Shown here one piece after another: positions 48,174-57,553 of a stretch of 64,000 nucleotides of DNA. This stretch comes from Candidatus Sulfomarinibacteraceae bacterium. Its GTDB lineage: Bacteria; Acidobacteriota; Thermoanaerobaculia; Thermoanaerobaculales; Sulfomarinibacteraceae. A program made the translations under genes and the position numbers. The DNA lies in assembly GCA_963796455.1 (NCBI GenBank), contig CAWCLO010000005.1:96001-160000 (forward strand). Direction: 5' to 3'. Position 1 is the first letter of the stretch, and every line of letters starts with the position of its first letter. Under the pieces are notes generated by a model. That model had not been told where the DNA came from and ran no database searches. It saw only the letters and a program-made list of their open reading frames with translations.

Positions 48174-49970
48174 ATGTATCCCGTAACGCTTGAAGTCAAA
48201 GACCGTCGCGTTTTGGTTGTGGGTGGTGGTGGCGTTGCTTTGCGCAAGGTCCAGGGCCTGGTCGAAGAGGGGGCACGGGTGACCGTCGTTTCCCCGGAAG
48301 TGGTGCAGCCACTTCAGATCATGGCCGACAAGGGTGCGATTCAACTCGAAGCTCGGCCCTACGCGGGTGACGCGACCGACGGCTGGATGCTTGTCATTGC
48401 GGCCACCGACGATCGCGAGACCAATGCCTGCGTTTTTCGAGATGCCGAAGAAGCGGGTCTGTGGTGCAATGTCGCCGATGATCCCGAGTTCTGTAGCTTC
48501 CACCTCCCTGGAAGGGTCCGCCGGGGTCCGTTACAGCTGACCATTGCGTCGGCCGGCAAAGCGCCCTTCGCGACCTCTCGCCTGCGCCGGCTCCTCGAGC
48601 GCCGCTTCGGAGAGGAGTGGGGTGAGTGGATGGCCGCGGCGTCCCGCTATCGTACGGCGGTTCAGGGTCTCGAGCTCGGTCCATCTGAGGCCAACGCCCT
48701 CTTCGATCGATTTTTCGAGGCAACCGTAGACGGCGATCGACTGGCAGCCCGGGTCCCCACCGAGAACGAAGAACGTGAATGGTTGCACGCGCCGGTCGAT
48801 CATCGGGCGGCCGAAACAACCGCCGCGCCGCCTCAACCGCGTGGTTGCCGGGAGGCGGGATCGGGTTCGGGGCTGATTTCCCTGGTCGGTGCCGGGCCCG
48901 GTTGTCCTGGTTTGTTGACGGTCCGAGCGCGGCAGCGTTTGAGCGAGGCGGATGCCGTGGTCTACGATCGGCTGGCCGCTCCGGCTCTGCCCTGTGACCT
49001 GGCGGTTGACGTGGAGCTCCACGCAGTCGGCAAGGTGGCCGGAAATCATCCGATGCCGCAGGAGGAAATCAACGCGCTGCTCGTTCGGCTGGCACGAGAA
49101 GGGAAAAGGGTCGTCCGTTTGAAGGGTGGAGACCCCTATGTCTTCGGCCGCGGCAGTGAGGAGGCCGAAGTCCTCGAGGCGGAAGGTCTTCCCTTCGAGG
49201 TCGTTTCCGGGGTGACTTCAGGAGTGGCTGCACTGGCATGGGCCGGCATTCCGGCCACCCATCGCAACGAGTCGGTCCGGTTGACGCTGTTGACCGCCCA
49301 CGAGGCCGTCAAGAACGACGGTCCTCAGGTGCGGTGGGATCTGTTGGCCAAAGACCGCCACGCCACACTGGTCGGTTATATGGGTGTCACGGCGCTGCCC
49401 CAGGTGGTGGAAAGATTGCTCGAGGCGGGGATGGACCCGACGACCCCGGCCGCCATGGTGGAGCAGGGGACTACCGCCGCCCAACGGCGGGTGATCTCAA
49501 CGGTCGAAAATCTCCAACGGGACATCGAGCTTGCAGGCCTGAAACCACCGGCCTTGTTTGCCATCGGACCGACCGTTCGCCACGCTGACCGGCTCGATTG
49601 GTTTGACGCCTTGCCGCTGAGCGGTTTCAGGATCTTGATGGCCGGCTCGAGTTCGAAACTCGCCTCGGTTCTCGAAGACCGTGGTGCGGAAACGGTGGTG
49701 CTGCCGATGCCGGTGACACCGGCGGCTCGAGTGGTGATGGCGGCCCTGCCTTTGACCGGTTGTGTGGTGGGTGACCGGGTTGAAGTCGATTGGCTCGACG
49801 AGGAGCGAAACAACGGCGGCTGGCATTCCGACTCCATCGCCTGGTGCATCGGGCCCGAGACTGTGCAACGAGCCCACGATCGCGGATGGCAGAACATCGT
49901 CGATCTCGGTGACAACGTCGATTGCGACGAACTCGCCGGTCGCATCGCAGCGGGACGGTCGGATCGATGA
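48174..49970 (+). CDS. cysG: Siroheme synthase with C-terminal HemD-like extension
   Basis: VVGGGGVALRK, CNVADDP, LVGAGPG, RLKGGDPYVFGRG, LVGYMG; ~120 aa tail ending AWCIGPET. Confidence 0.9.
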   Translation: MYPVTLEVKDRRVLVVGGGGVALRKVQGLVEEGARVTVVSPEVVQPLQIMADKGAIQLEARPYAGDATDGWMLVIAATDDRETNACVFRDAEEAGLWCNVADDPEFCSFHLPGRVRRGPLQLTIASAGKAPFATSRLRRLLERRFGEEWGEWMAAASRYRTAVQGLELGPSEANALFDRFFEATVDGDRLAARVPTENEEREWLHAPVDHRAAETTAAPPQPRGCREAGSGSGLISLVGAGPGCPGLLTVRARQRLSEADAVVYDRLAAPALPCDLAVDVELHAVGKVAGNHPMPQEEINALLVRLAREGKRVVRLKGGDPYVFGRGSEEAEVLEAEGLPFEVVSGVTSGVAALAWAGIPATHRNESVRLTLLTAHEAVKNDGPQVRWDLLAKDRHATLVGYMGVTALPQVVERLLEAGMDPTTPAAMVEQGTTAAQRRVISTVENLQRDIELAGLKPPALFAIGPTVRHADRLDWFDALPLSGFRILMAGSSSKLASVLEDRGAETVVLPMPVTPAARVVMAALPLTGCVVGDRVEVDWLDEERNNGGWHSDSIAWCIGPETVQRAHDRGWQNIVDLGDNVDCDELAGRIAAGRSDR

Positions 49971-51436
49971 TCAAGCTCGGTCTCCGCGTCCGATTTTTTC
50001 TCTATTCCAACACCGTGATCGCGGTGACGATGACCCTCGTGACGGTCGTTGGAATGATGTACGAACGCCGCATTCGGTATGAGGGGATCGTCAACCACGG
50101 CCGCAGCATCGTCGAGGCGATGGCGATTCCCATCAGCGACTCGCTGCACCAGCGGAAAGAGGGCGGCTCTCGCGGCGTCGAACTCATCGAGAACTATATC
50201 TCGGAGATCATGGCGCGGAATTCCGGTTTTATGCGCTATATCGTTGTCACTGATGCCGCGGGAATCGTGACATATTCGAGCCGGACATCACTGGTCGGCA
50301 ATCCGTTCAATCGCGTCCTGCCACCGCCGAGCGACATGCCGCCGCTGGTAGCGGAAAATCGGTCTGAAGGTGAAGAGGACCTGATCGAGGTCCGAACGGG
50401 GCTCAATCACTCCGGCGACTACGTCGGGGCGCTGGCAGTCGGTTTTTCCCTCGAACCCATCGAACGGCAGGTGAGAGAGGTTGCTTCACGAGCGGCATTG
50501 GTCGCGCTGGTGCTGATGCTCGGCAACTCGATCATGACGGCCTTGTATGTGGAGACCTTGATCCGGCCGATCCTCAACCTCAACCAGACGATGAAAAAAG
50601 CCGGAGAGGGAAATCTCACCGTCCGCGCCCCCTCCCGCAGCGGCGACGAGGTCGCCGAGTTGGCCGGGGTCTTCAACCAGATGATGGACGAACTCGTGGC
50701 GTCCCGTGAGCGCGAAGAATTACAGCGTGCGCAGCTTGCGCACACCGAAAAGATGGCTGCGGTCGGGACGCTTGCGGCCGGAGTCGCGCACGAAGTCAAC
50801 AATCCCCTGGCGGGGGTTCTCGCGAGTATTGAAAACCTGCGCGACAACCCGGACGACGAGGAGATGCGCGACCGCTACCTCAAGCTGATCGCGGATGGTT
50901 TGCTGCGCATCGAACGAACGGTCGCCAATCTGCTCAACTTTGCCCGGCAGCGTGAGAGCAAGCTCGAACCGACTTCCATCAATCACAATATGAAGCACGT
51001 CATCGAGTTGGTGGAATATCAGTTGCGGGCGGCCGGTGTCGAGATCGATATGGATCTCGATCCGAGCCAGGCGGTTGTCGAAGCCGATCATTTCCAGATG
51101 GAACAGCTTTTTCTCAATCTGGTTCTCAACGCTCTCGAGGCGATGAGCGGAGGCGGCACCCTGCACCTTCGAACCCGGGTCCGCGGCGGCAAGGTCATTG
51201 CCGAGGTTCGCGACACCGGTCACGGAATACCGGTGGATGTTCGCAATCGCATCTTCGATCCGTTTTTCACCACTCGTGAAGTCGGTGAAGGAACAGGTCT
51301 CGGGCTGGCGGTGAGCGGGAGTATCGTCGCCGCCCACGGCGGCACCATCGAAGTCGAATCATCTGCCGGTCGCGGTACAACTTTCCGGGTCATCCTGGCG
51401 GCAATGCCTGGCAACTGGGAAAATGAGGGAGTGTGA
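49967..51436 (+). CDS. HAMP sensor histidine kinase (NtrB-like)
   Basis: Two TM segments, HAMP, AHEVNNPL, QLFLNLVLNA, DTGHGI, GTGLGL. Confidence 0.93.
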   Translation: MIKLGLRVRFFLYSNTVIAVTMTLVTVVGMMYERRIRYEGIVNHGRSIVEAMAIPISDSLHQRKEGGSRGVELIENYISEIMARNSGFMRYIVVTDAAGIVTYSSRTSLVGNPFNRVLPPPSDMPPLVAENRSEGEEDLIEVRTGLNHSGDYVGALAVGFSLEPIERQVREVASRAALVALVLMLGNSIMTALYVETLIRPILNLNQTMKKAGEGNLTVRAPSRSGDEVAELAGVFNQMMDELVASREREELQRAQLAHTEKMAAVGTLAAGVAHEVNNPLAGVLASIENLRDNPDDEEMRDRYLKLIADGLLRIERTVANLLNFARQRESKLEPTSINHNMKHVIELVEYQLRAAGVEIDMDLDPSQAVVEADHFQMEQLFLNLVLNALEAMSGGGTLHLRTRVRGGKVIAEVRDTGHGIPVDVRNRIFDPFFTTREVGEGTGLGLAVSGSIVAAHGGTIEVESSAGRGTTFRVILAAMPGNWENEGV

Positions 51437-52812
51437 TGAAGATCTGCGGACATCGATTGCTGATCGTCGAGGACGAACCGCTGCTTCGAATCACCATGGC
51501 GGACGCTCTGCGCAAAGAGGGGTGGGCAGTGGACGTCGCTGAGGACGGCGTCAAGGGGGCAGCCCTCTTCGAGCAGCATCAACACGACCTCGTTCTCTCT
51601 GATCTGGTCATGCCCCGCCTCGGCGGTGTCGAGCTGCTGAAGCGGATCAAGGCGTTGAGCCCCGACACCACAGTGGTCATCATCACCGCACATGGAACTG
51701 TGGACCGCGCCGTGGAAGCGATGCGGGAAGGTGCGGCAGATTTTATCGCCAAGCCCTTCTCGATGGCCCAGCTGGTCGTCCGGCTGAGCAACGTCTGTTC
51801 GGTTCGAATTCTCCGCGAACAGAACGTCCGGCTGCAGGCCCAGCTCGAACAGCGCCACTCCTTCGCCAATATCATCGGCAAAAGCAGGGTCATGCAGGAA
51901 GTCTTCGAGCTCATCCGCCTGGTCGGCGATTCAGATGCCTCGGTGATCGTCCACGGCGAGAGCGGAACCGGCAAGGAAATGGTGGCGTCGGCCATCCACT
52001 TCAACTCGCCCCGGCGGGCCAAGCCCTATCTTCGAGTCAGCTGTGCGTCGCTGCCGGAGTCCCTCATCGAATCCGAGCTCTTCGGCTACGAAAAGGGCGC
52101 CTTTACCGGTGCCAGCGAGCGCCGCATCGGTCGATTCGAGGCAGCCAGCGGCGGCACGCTTTTCCTCGATGAGATCGGGGAGCTGCCAATGACTTTTCAG
52201 GTCAAACTCTTGCGCGTCTTGCAGGAACGGCAGATCGAGCGCCTCGGCTCCAACCGCCCGATCGATATCGACGTCAGGATCGTCTCGGCGTCGGTGCGCT
52301 CTTTGGAAGAGGAGATCCGCCAGGGCCGATTCCGTGAGGATCTTTATTTCAGGGTCAATACGGTGGCCATCGATCTTCCCCCTTTGCGCGAGCGCAGAGA
52401 GGACATTCCCCTTCTTGCCGACAGCTTTCTGCAGGAATTTGCCGCCGATCGGCGTCGCGAAATCGACGGTTTTACCGATGACGCGGTTGATCTCCTGGAG
52501 ATGTATCCGTGGCCCGGAAACGTCCGCGAACTCCGCAACGTCATCGAGCGCGCGGTCCTCTTCTGCCGCGGACCGGTGGTAGGTGTCGAAGAGTTGCCGC
52601 CAAACGTCCGCGGTGGGACCAACGAAACAGCCACCACGGATTCCTCCCAGGTGGTGGTGATGCAAAAGGCGGTCGAGCAGGCTGAGGTCGACGCGATCCG
52701 CGCCGCACTGGCCGCGACCAACGGTAAGCGGGCAGATGCCGCCGAGCTTCTCGGTATCAGCCGCAAGACGCTGTGGGAGAAGATCAAAACCCTCGAGATC
52801 GTGGTTGATTGA
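51436..52812 (+). CDS. NtrC-family sigma-54 response regulator
   Basis: Receiver, GESGTGKE, ESELFG..GAFTGA, WPGNVREL, HTH. Confidence 0.95.
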   Translation: MKICGHRLLIVEDEPLLRITMADALRKEGWAVDVAEDGVKGAALFEQHQHDLVLSDLVMPRLGGVELLKRIKALSPDTTVVIITAHGTVDRAVEAMREGAADFIAKPFSMAQLVVRLSNVCSVRILREQNVRLQAQLEQRHSFANIIGKSRVMQEVFELIRLVGDSDASVIVHGESGTGKEMVASAIHFNSPRRAKPYLRVSCASLPESLIESELFGYEKGAFTGASERRIGRFEAASGGTLFLDEIGELPMTFQVKLLRVLQERQIERLGSNRPIDIDVRIVSASVRSLEEEIRQGRFREDLYFRVNTVAIDLPPLRERREDIPLLADSFLQEFAADRRREIDGFTDDAVDLLEMYPWPGNVRELRNVIERAVLFCRGPVVGVEELPPNVRGGTNETATTDSSQVVVMQKAVEQAEVDAIRAALAATNGKRADAAELLGISRKTLWEKIKTLEIVVD

Positions 52813-52852
52813 GGTCGCCGCAGGAAGCGGTCTGCGCCGTGTGTCGCACGGC

Positions 52853-52870
52853 TTGTGAAATCATCCACAA
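52853..52870. promoter_or_regulatory. Rex-like (or Crp/Fnr-family) operator upstream of the porin
   Basis: TTGTGAA-ATCA-TCCACAA, one mismatch to TTGTGAA-N4-TTCACAA. Confidence 0.6.
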
Positions 52871-52911
52871 TGTCCGGTTATACTGTGCCGGTGATGGGAC
52901 GGGGTGCTTCG

Positions 52912-54267
52912 ATGAGGGATTTCAGCTGGTTTTCTTTGTTGCTCTGTTTCCTGTTGCTCGTGCCGCTGGTTTCAGCCGAGGAGCAGGTCGAAGAAGGGGA
53001 CAAGAAGCTGCGCGTCCTCTACGACCGTGGCTTCCGGTTTGCCACCAAGGATGGGTCGTATTCTCTGCGAATCAACGGGCTGCTCCAAACGCGGTACTCG
53101 TACGTGGACTACGACCCGAATATCCGTTTCAATCAGCAGGACTACTCGAACTTTTTTGTCCGGCGCGCCAGGCTCTATTTCACCGGCAACGCCGGGAGCT
53201 CACGATTGACGTATTTCCTCCACGTCCAGCTCGAACCCACCCAGGCCATCAACGCCAACGATCTCTGGATCGAGTACGAGTTTTCGGACCTGCTGCGCCT
53301 CGGCGCGGGCCGCAACAAGATCAGCTACGGGCTCGAGTTCATGAACTCAGGATCCGCCCTCGGAATGGTGGAGCGTTCGCTGATGTACGGCGAGACCGAT
53401 ATCGACCTCGGTTCGGTCACCGTGCCCGGTCCCCGTTATCCCGGCGGCGGGAGCGAACGATTCGGCCTGAGCTGGTACGCATACAACGGTTTTGCCACCG
53501 GAGGAATGACGCTCTATCGTTCCCAGGGAATCCAGTTGCGCGGGCAGCGCGGATCCGAAACCGACCCGACCTTCGAGTACCAGGTCGGGGTTTGGCAGGG
53601 TCGAAGCACCACCAGTCTCTCCAACGGCGGCAACGGCCATCTGCTGGCTGCGCGGGTCGGCTATCACCCGTGGGGATTTGTCGACTGGAAAGTGGTCGGC
53701 GATGTCGAGCGCTCGCCGGAATTCAAGCTGGCGGTGATCGGCTCGGCCTACACCAACACCAACGAAGGCACCGATGGTTTCGATGAAGGTGGTTACAACA
53801 TCGCCGCCATCGCGCACTACCGGGGGTGGTCGCTGGATGCCGAGTGGGGAACCGAGAACTACGATTTTGACGATTTCGAGGCTGATTTCAATCGTGAGGG
53901 TTGGCGGGTCGCGATGGGTTGGTACGTGGTGCCACGAAAGCTCGAATTGCGGATCCGCCGGGCCGCCATCACGCGCCTCGGGGACCCTTCCTTCGAAACC
54001 GCAAACCAATCGGGGCTCGGCACCGTCCAGATCAAGGACGGCGACGGCTGGAAGCCTGCCATCGAGGCAGAGATTTCCGAATTCTCGGCCGCGGCAAGCT
54101 ATGCCCTCCCTGGCTGGCGCAACAAGGTGGCGCTGGATGTCTCACGCCTCGTGCGATCCTTTGCGGCAGACCCTGATGCGATCATCAACGGCGTGGCGTC
54201 GCCGATCGAAAAGGCCCCCGACCAGGTGGACCACCGGATCCGCTTGATGGTGCAACTCGTCTTCTAG
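52912..54267 (+). CDS. OprO/OprP-like anion-selective porin
   Basis: Signal peptide, GFRFAT.DG..SLRING.LQ.RY, RRARL..G, ERS, terminal Phe. Confidence 0.75.
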   Translation: MRDFSWFSLLLCFLLLVPLVSAEEQVEEGDKKLRVLYDRGFRFATKDGSYSLRINGLLQTRYSYVDYDPNIRFNQQDYSNFFVRRARLYFTGNAGSSRLTYFLHVQLEPTQAINANDLWIEYEFSDLLRLGAGRNKISYGLEFMNSGSALGMVERSLMYGETDIDLGSVTVPGPRYPGGGSERFGLSWYAYNGFATGGMTLYRSQGIQLRGQRGSETDPTFEYQVGVWQGRSTTSLSNGGNGHLLAARVGYHPWGFVDWKVVGDVERSPEFKLAVIGSAYTNTNEGTDGFDEGGYNIAAIAHYRGWSLDAEWGTENYDFDDFEADFNREGWRVAMGWYVVPRKLELRIRRAAITRLGDPSFETANQSGLGTVQIKDGDGWKPAIEAEISEFSAAASYALPGWRNKVALDVSRLVRSFAADPDAIINGVASPIEKAPDQVDHRIRLMVQLVF

Positions 54268-54355
54268 TTTTGAGGTTTGAGTTTTAAGTTTTGAGTTCGG
54301 CCGACCTTCAATCACGAAGGGCAACTCAAAACTCATAACTCTTAACTCAAAACTA
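54265..54355. repeat. Inverted heptamer arrays (TTTTGAG / CTCAAAA) between convergent genes
   Basis: agttttgaggtttgagttttaagttttgagtt ... aactcaaaactcataactcttaactcaaaact. Confidence 0.8.
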
Positions 54356-55420
54356 AGTACTGAGCCCCAGCCGTCCGCCGTCGTAGCTCTCGGCCATGAC
54401 CGTCTCACACCAGGCTTCGTTTTCGAGGTACCAGCGCACCGTCTCGCGGAGCCCGCTGTCGAAATCGAAGGTAGGCACCCAACCGACCTCGGATATGAGA
54501 CGGTCAGCATCGATCGCGTAGCGCAGGTCGTGGCCGGGTCGATCGGCGACGAATTCGATCAATTCGCTTCGATCGCGACCATCAGGACGCATCTCGTTCA
54601 CTGTGTCGCAGATGGCGCGGACGACCTCGAGATTCGTGCGTTCGTTGTTTCCGCCGACGTTGTAGGTTCGGCCGGGACGGCCGCGACGGACGATGAGATC
54701 GAGGGCGCGACAGTGGTCCTCTACGTGGAGCCAGTCGCGAATATTGGCACCCTCGCCATAAACCGGGAGCGCGGCGCCGGCAACCGCGTTGCGAATCATC
54801 AGCGGAATCAGTTTCTCGGGAAACTGGAAGGGCCCGTAGTTGTTCGAGCAGTTGGAGAGAGTCATGGGCAAACCATAGGTCCGGTGCCACGCGCGCACCA
54901 GATGATCTGCCGCGGCTTTGGATGCCGAGTAGGGGCTCGACGGGTCATAGGGTGTTGTCTCGGTGAAGAGACCGTCGGCGCCGAGTGAGCCGAAGACCTC
55001 GTCGGTGCTGACGTGGTGGAAGCGGACGTCGCTGCGATCGTGCCACGCTCCCCGGGCGGCCTCGAGGAGATTGGCGGTTCCGCGGATATTGGTATCGATG
55101 AAGTCCAGCGGGCCGTCGATCGACCGGTCGACGTGGCTTTCGGCCGCGAGGTGAACGACCGTGTCGATATCGTGTTCTTCGAACAGGGATCGGAGGGTGG
55201 AGGCATCGCGGATATCGGCGTGGACAAAGAAATAACGATCACCGTTTCGTGCAGCCACGTCGTCGAGATTTGCTCGGTGACCGGCATAGGTCAGGGCGTC
55301 GATGTTCACCAGCCGGAGCTCGGGATCGTTGTCGAGGGCCAGGCGGATGAAGTTGCATCCAATGAAGCCTGCACCGCCCGTAACCAGCATCGAACGGGGA
55401 CTGTGATCCTTCGTGCTCAT
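54353..55420 (-). CDS. rfbB: dTDP-glucose 4,6-dehydratase
   Basis: TGGAGFIG, AAESHVDRS, STDEV, YSASK, DRPGHDLRY. Confidence 0.97.
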   Translation of the reverse strand: MSTKDHSPRSMLVTGGAGFIGCNFIRLALDNDPELRLVNIDALTYAGHRANLDDVAARNGDRYFFVHADIRDASTLRSLFEEHDIDTVVHLAAESHVDRSIDGPLDFIDTNIRGTANLLEAARGAWHDRSDVRFHHVSTDEVFGSLGADGLFTETTPYDPSSPYSASKAAADHLVRAWHRTYGLPMTLSNCSNNYGPFQFPEKLIPLMIRNAVAGAALPVYGEGANIRDWLHVEDHCRALDLIVRRGRPGRTYNVGGNNERTNLEVVRAICDTVNEMRPDGRDRSELIEFVADRPGHDLRYAIDADRLISEVGWVPTFDFDSGLRETVRWYLENEAWCETVMAESYDGGRLGLST

Positions 55421-55980
55421 TTCAGATACTCCGGGAGATCGTCCAGAACGGTTTCGGACAATGGGCTCCAGCTCTGGTCGCGTTCAGACAATATCGGATC
55501 GAGTCCGTCGAGCGGCCAATCGATGCCGATGTTCGGGTCGTTCCACGGCAGTCCACGTTCGTCATCAGCGTCATAAAAGGCGGAGCACTTGTACTGGAAT
55601 TCAGCGGTCTCACTGAGAACCAGAAAACCATGCGCCAGGCCTTCCGGTGCCAGGAGCTGGAGTTGATTCGCTGCGGTCAGTTCGACCCCGAACCACTCGC
55701 CGAAGGTTGAACTGCCTCTGCGGATATCAGCTACGACATCAAAGACCCGGCCGTGAGTGACCCGGACCAATTTCGCCTGTGGCTGGCGGAGCTGATAGTG
55801 GAGACCGCGCAACACGCCGCGTTGCGATCGTGAGTGGTTGTCCTGGACAAACTCGTACTGCATGCCGAAATCGGCAAAACGGCGGCGGTTGTAGGACTCC
55901 ATGAAGAAGCCGCGATTGTCTTCAAAGACTCTTGGCGTGATGACCAGAACTCCGGGAAGTCTTGTCTCAGTGACCTGCAC
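55417..55980 (-). CDS. rfbC: dTDP-4-dehydrorhamnose 3,5-epimerase
   Basis: DNRGFF.E, QDNHSRS, LRGLHYQ, AHGF; GTG start inferred. Confidence 0.95.
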   Translation of the reverse strand: MQVTETRLPGVLVITPRVFEDNRGFFMESYNRRRFADFGMQYEFVQDNHSRSQRGVLRGLHYQLRQPQAKLVRVTHGRVFDVVADIRRGSSTFGEWFGVELTAANQLQLLAPEGLAHGFLVLSETAEFQYKCSAFYDADDERGLPWNDPNIGIDWPLDGLDPILSERDQSWSPLSETVLDDLPEYLK

Positions 55981-56857
55981 GCGATCGCTCCGCGGCCTCG
56001 AGGACTTCGACGAGGTAGGCGCCGTAGGTGGATTTTCCGGCCGCCTCAGCCTCGGATCGAAATTCTTCGGTAGTGATCCACCCCTGGTTCCAGGCAATTT
56101 CCTGAAGGCACCCGACCTTGAGACCCTGCCGGTCCTCGATGGCCTGGATGAAGTTCGAGGCGTCGATCAGGCTCCGGTGGGTGCCGGCGTCGAGCCAGGC
56201 GTATCCTCGTTCGAGCACGCTCACAGTCAGTCTTCTCTGTTCGAGGTATTTGAGGTTGAGATCGGTGATCTCGAGTTCACCACGAGCACTCGGCGTCAGG
56301 CCTGCTGCCACATCACAGACATCCGGGCCGTAGAAATAGAGACCGGGAACCGCGAACGGGCTTTTGGGTTCTTCGGGTTTTTCTTCGATCGACCGGGCCA
56401 GACCATTATCGTCGAATTCAACCACTCCATAGCGTTTCGGATCGCGCACGCGGTAACCGAAAATCCTGGCGCCGTCCTCGAGTAGCGAACACTCCTTGAG
56501 CAGTGAGGCGAGGCCGGGCCCGTGCAGAATATTGTCGCCGAGCACCAGTCCCGCGGCCGAACCCGCCAGAAAATCGCGACCGAGGATGAAAGCCTGGGCG
56601 ATCCCCTCCGGTTCTGGTTGTTCGCAATAGGTGAAGGTCATCCCGAATCTCGAACCGTCGCCGAGCAACTCACGAAATGCCGGTAGATCTCTTGGAGTCG
56701 AAATGATGAGAATTTCGCGGATGCCAGCGTGCATCAGCAGACTCAGCGGGTAGTAGACCATCGGTTTGTCATAGACGGGCAGAAGCTGCTTGCTGACGAC
56801 CTGCGTCACAGGGTGTAGACGGGTACCGGAACCGCCTGCGAGAACGATGCCTTTCAT
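55967..56857 (-). CDS. rfbA: Glucose-1-phosphate thymidylyltransferase
   Basis: GIVLAGGSGTRLHP, KQLLPVYDKPM, RGELEITD, WLDAGT. Confidence 0.97.
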   Translation of the reverse strand: MKGIVLAGGSGTRLHPVTQVVSKQLLPVYDKPMVYYPLSLLMHAGIREILIISTPRDLPAFRELLGDGSRFGMTFTYCEQPEPEGIAQAFILGRDFLAGSAAGLVLGDNILHGPGLASLLKECSLLEDGARIFGYRVRDPKRYGVVEFDDNGLARSIEEKPEEPKSPFAVPGLYFYGPDVCDVAAGLTPSARGELEITDLNLKYLEQRRLTVSVLERGYAWLDAGTHRSLIDASNFIQAIEDRQGLKVGCLQEIAWNQGWITTEEFRSEAEAAGKSTYGAYLVEVLEAAERSRAGH

Positions 56858-56892
56858 GCGTTTGTCTCCATCGGCGCAACGATAACACAGGG

Positions 56893-57076
56893 AGGCTTGG
56901 GGCTCGGGGCCTGGGGCTTGAACTCACCCAGGCTTGGGGCTTGGGACCTGGGGCTTGACAACCCCCGCCACAAAACGGATATTCTTGAAGCCTCAAGCCT
57001 CAAGCCTCAAGCCTCAAGCCTCAAGCCTCAAGCCTCAAGCCTCAAGCCTCAAGCCTCAAGCCTCAAGCCTCAAGCC
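56893..57076. repeat. Degenerate GGCTTGG array inverted against a perfect (AAGCCTC)12 array
   Basis: Twelve perfect AAGCCTC units at 56988-57071; the left block ~56893-56958 is its degenerate reverse complement. Confidence 0.92.
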
Positions 57077-57079
57077 CAC

Positions 57080-57125
57080 TTGACAATATTTCATCACTGA
57101 CATAGTGTATTACATCAGTGACACA
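57080..57125 (+). promoter_or_regulatory. Sigma-70 promoter and YtrA/GntR-like operator
   Basis: TTGACA (57080), 17 nt, TAGTGT; TGTATTA-N6-TGACACA at 57106-57125 just before the GntR gene. Confidence 0.6.
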
Positions 57126-57130
57126 GTGAT

Positions 57131-57553
57131 ATGAGCATCCAGAACCTGCTTCACGTCGATCCCAAAGCGGCCGCGCCGATCTGGCGCCAGATCGAGGATG
57201 GCATGCGGCGGTTGGTGGTGTCCGGCAAACTCTCCGAGGGTGTCGCCGTGCCATCGGTCCGAGACCTCGCGAAGAAACTGCAGGTGAATCCCGCGACGGT
57301 GTCCAAGGCCTATCGTCGCTTGACCGATGCCGGTTTGTTGGTTGTGCGGCGTGGTGAGGGGACCTTTGTCGCCGAGATCTCCGGTCGTCGCCGCGAGGTC
57401 GACCGCCTGGGGCTCCTCGCGGATGGGGCTTCGAAATTTGTCCGGATCGCCGAGAGCATCGGCGCCGATCTCGAGGCTGCGCTGGAAGCGGTAGAAACAA
57501 GGTGGAACACCACTCTCTCCGAGGGCGGAGAAGGGTCCGATGATGAGTCCTGA
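57131..57553 (+). CDS. GntR (YtrA subfamily) regulator
   Basis: PIWRQI, PSVRDLA..LQVNPATVSKAYR.L, RGEGTFV. Confidence 0.93.
   Translation: MSIQNLLHVDPKAAAPIWRQIEDGMRRLVVSGKLSEGVAVPSVRDLAKKLQVNPATVSKAYRRLTDAGLLVVRRGEGTFVAEISGRRREVDRLGLLADGASKFVRIAESIGADLEAALEAVETRWNTTLSEGGEGSDDES

Noticed and set aside
56988..57076. CRISPR array
   Set aside because: Pure 7-nt tandem repeat without unique spacers; no cas genes in the window
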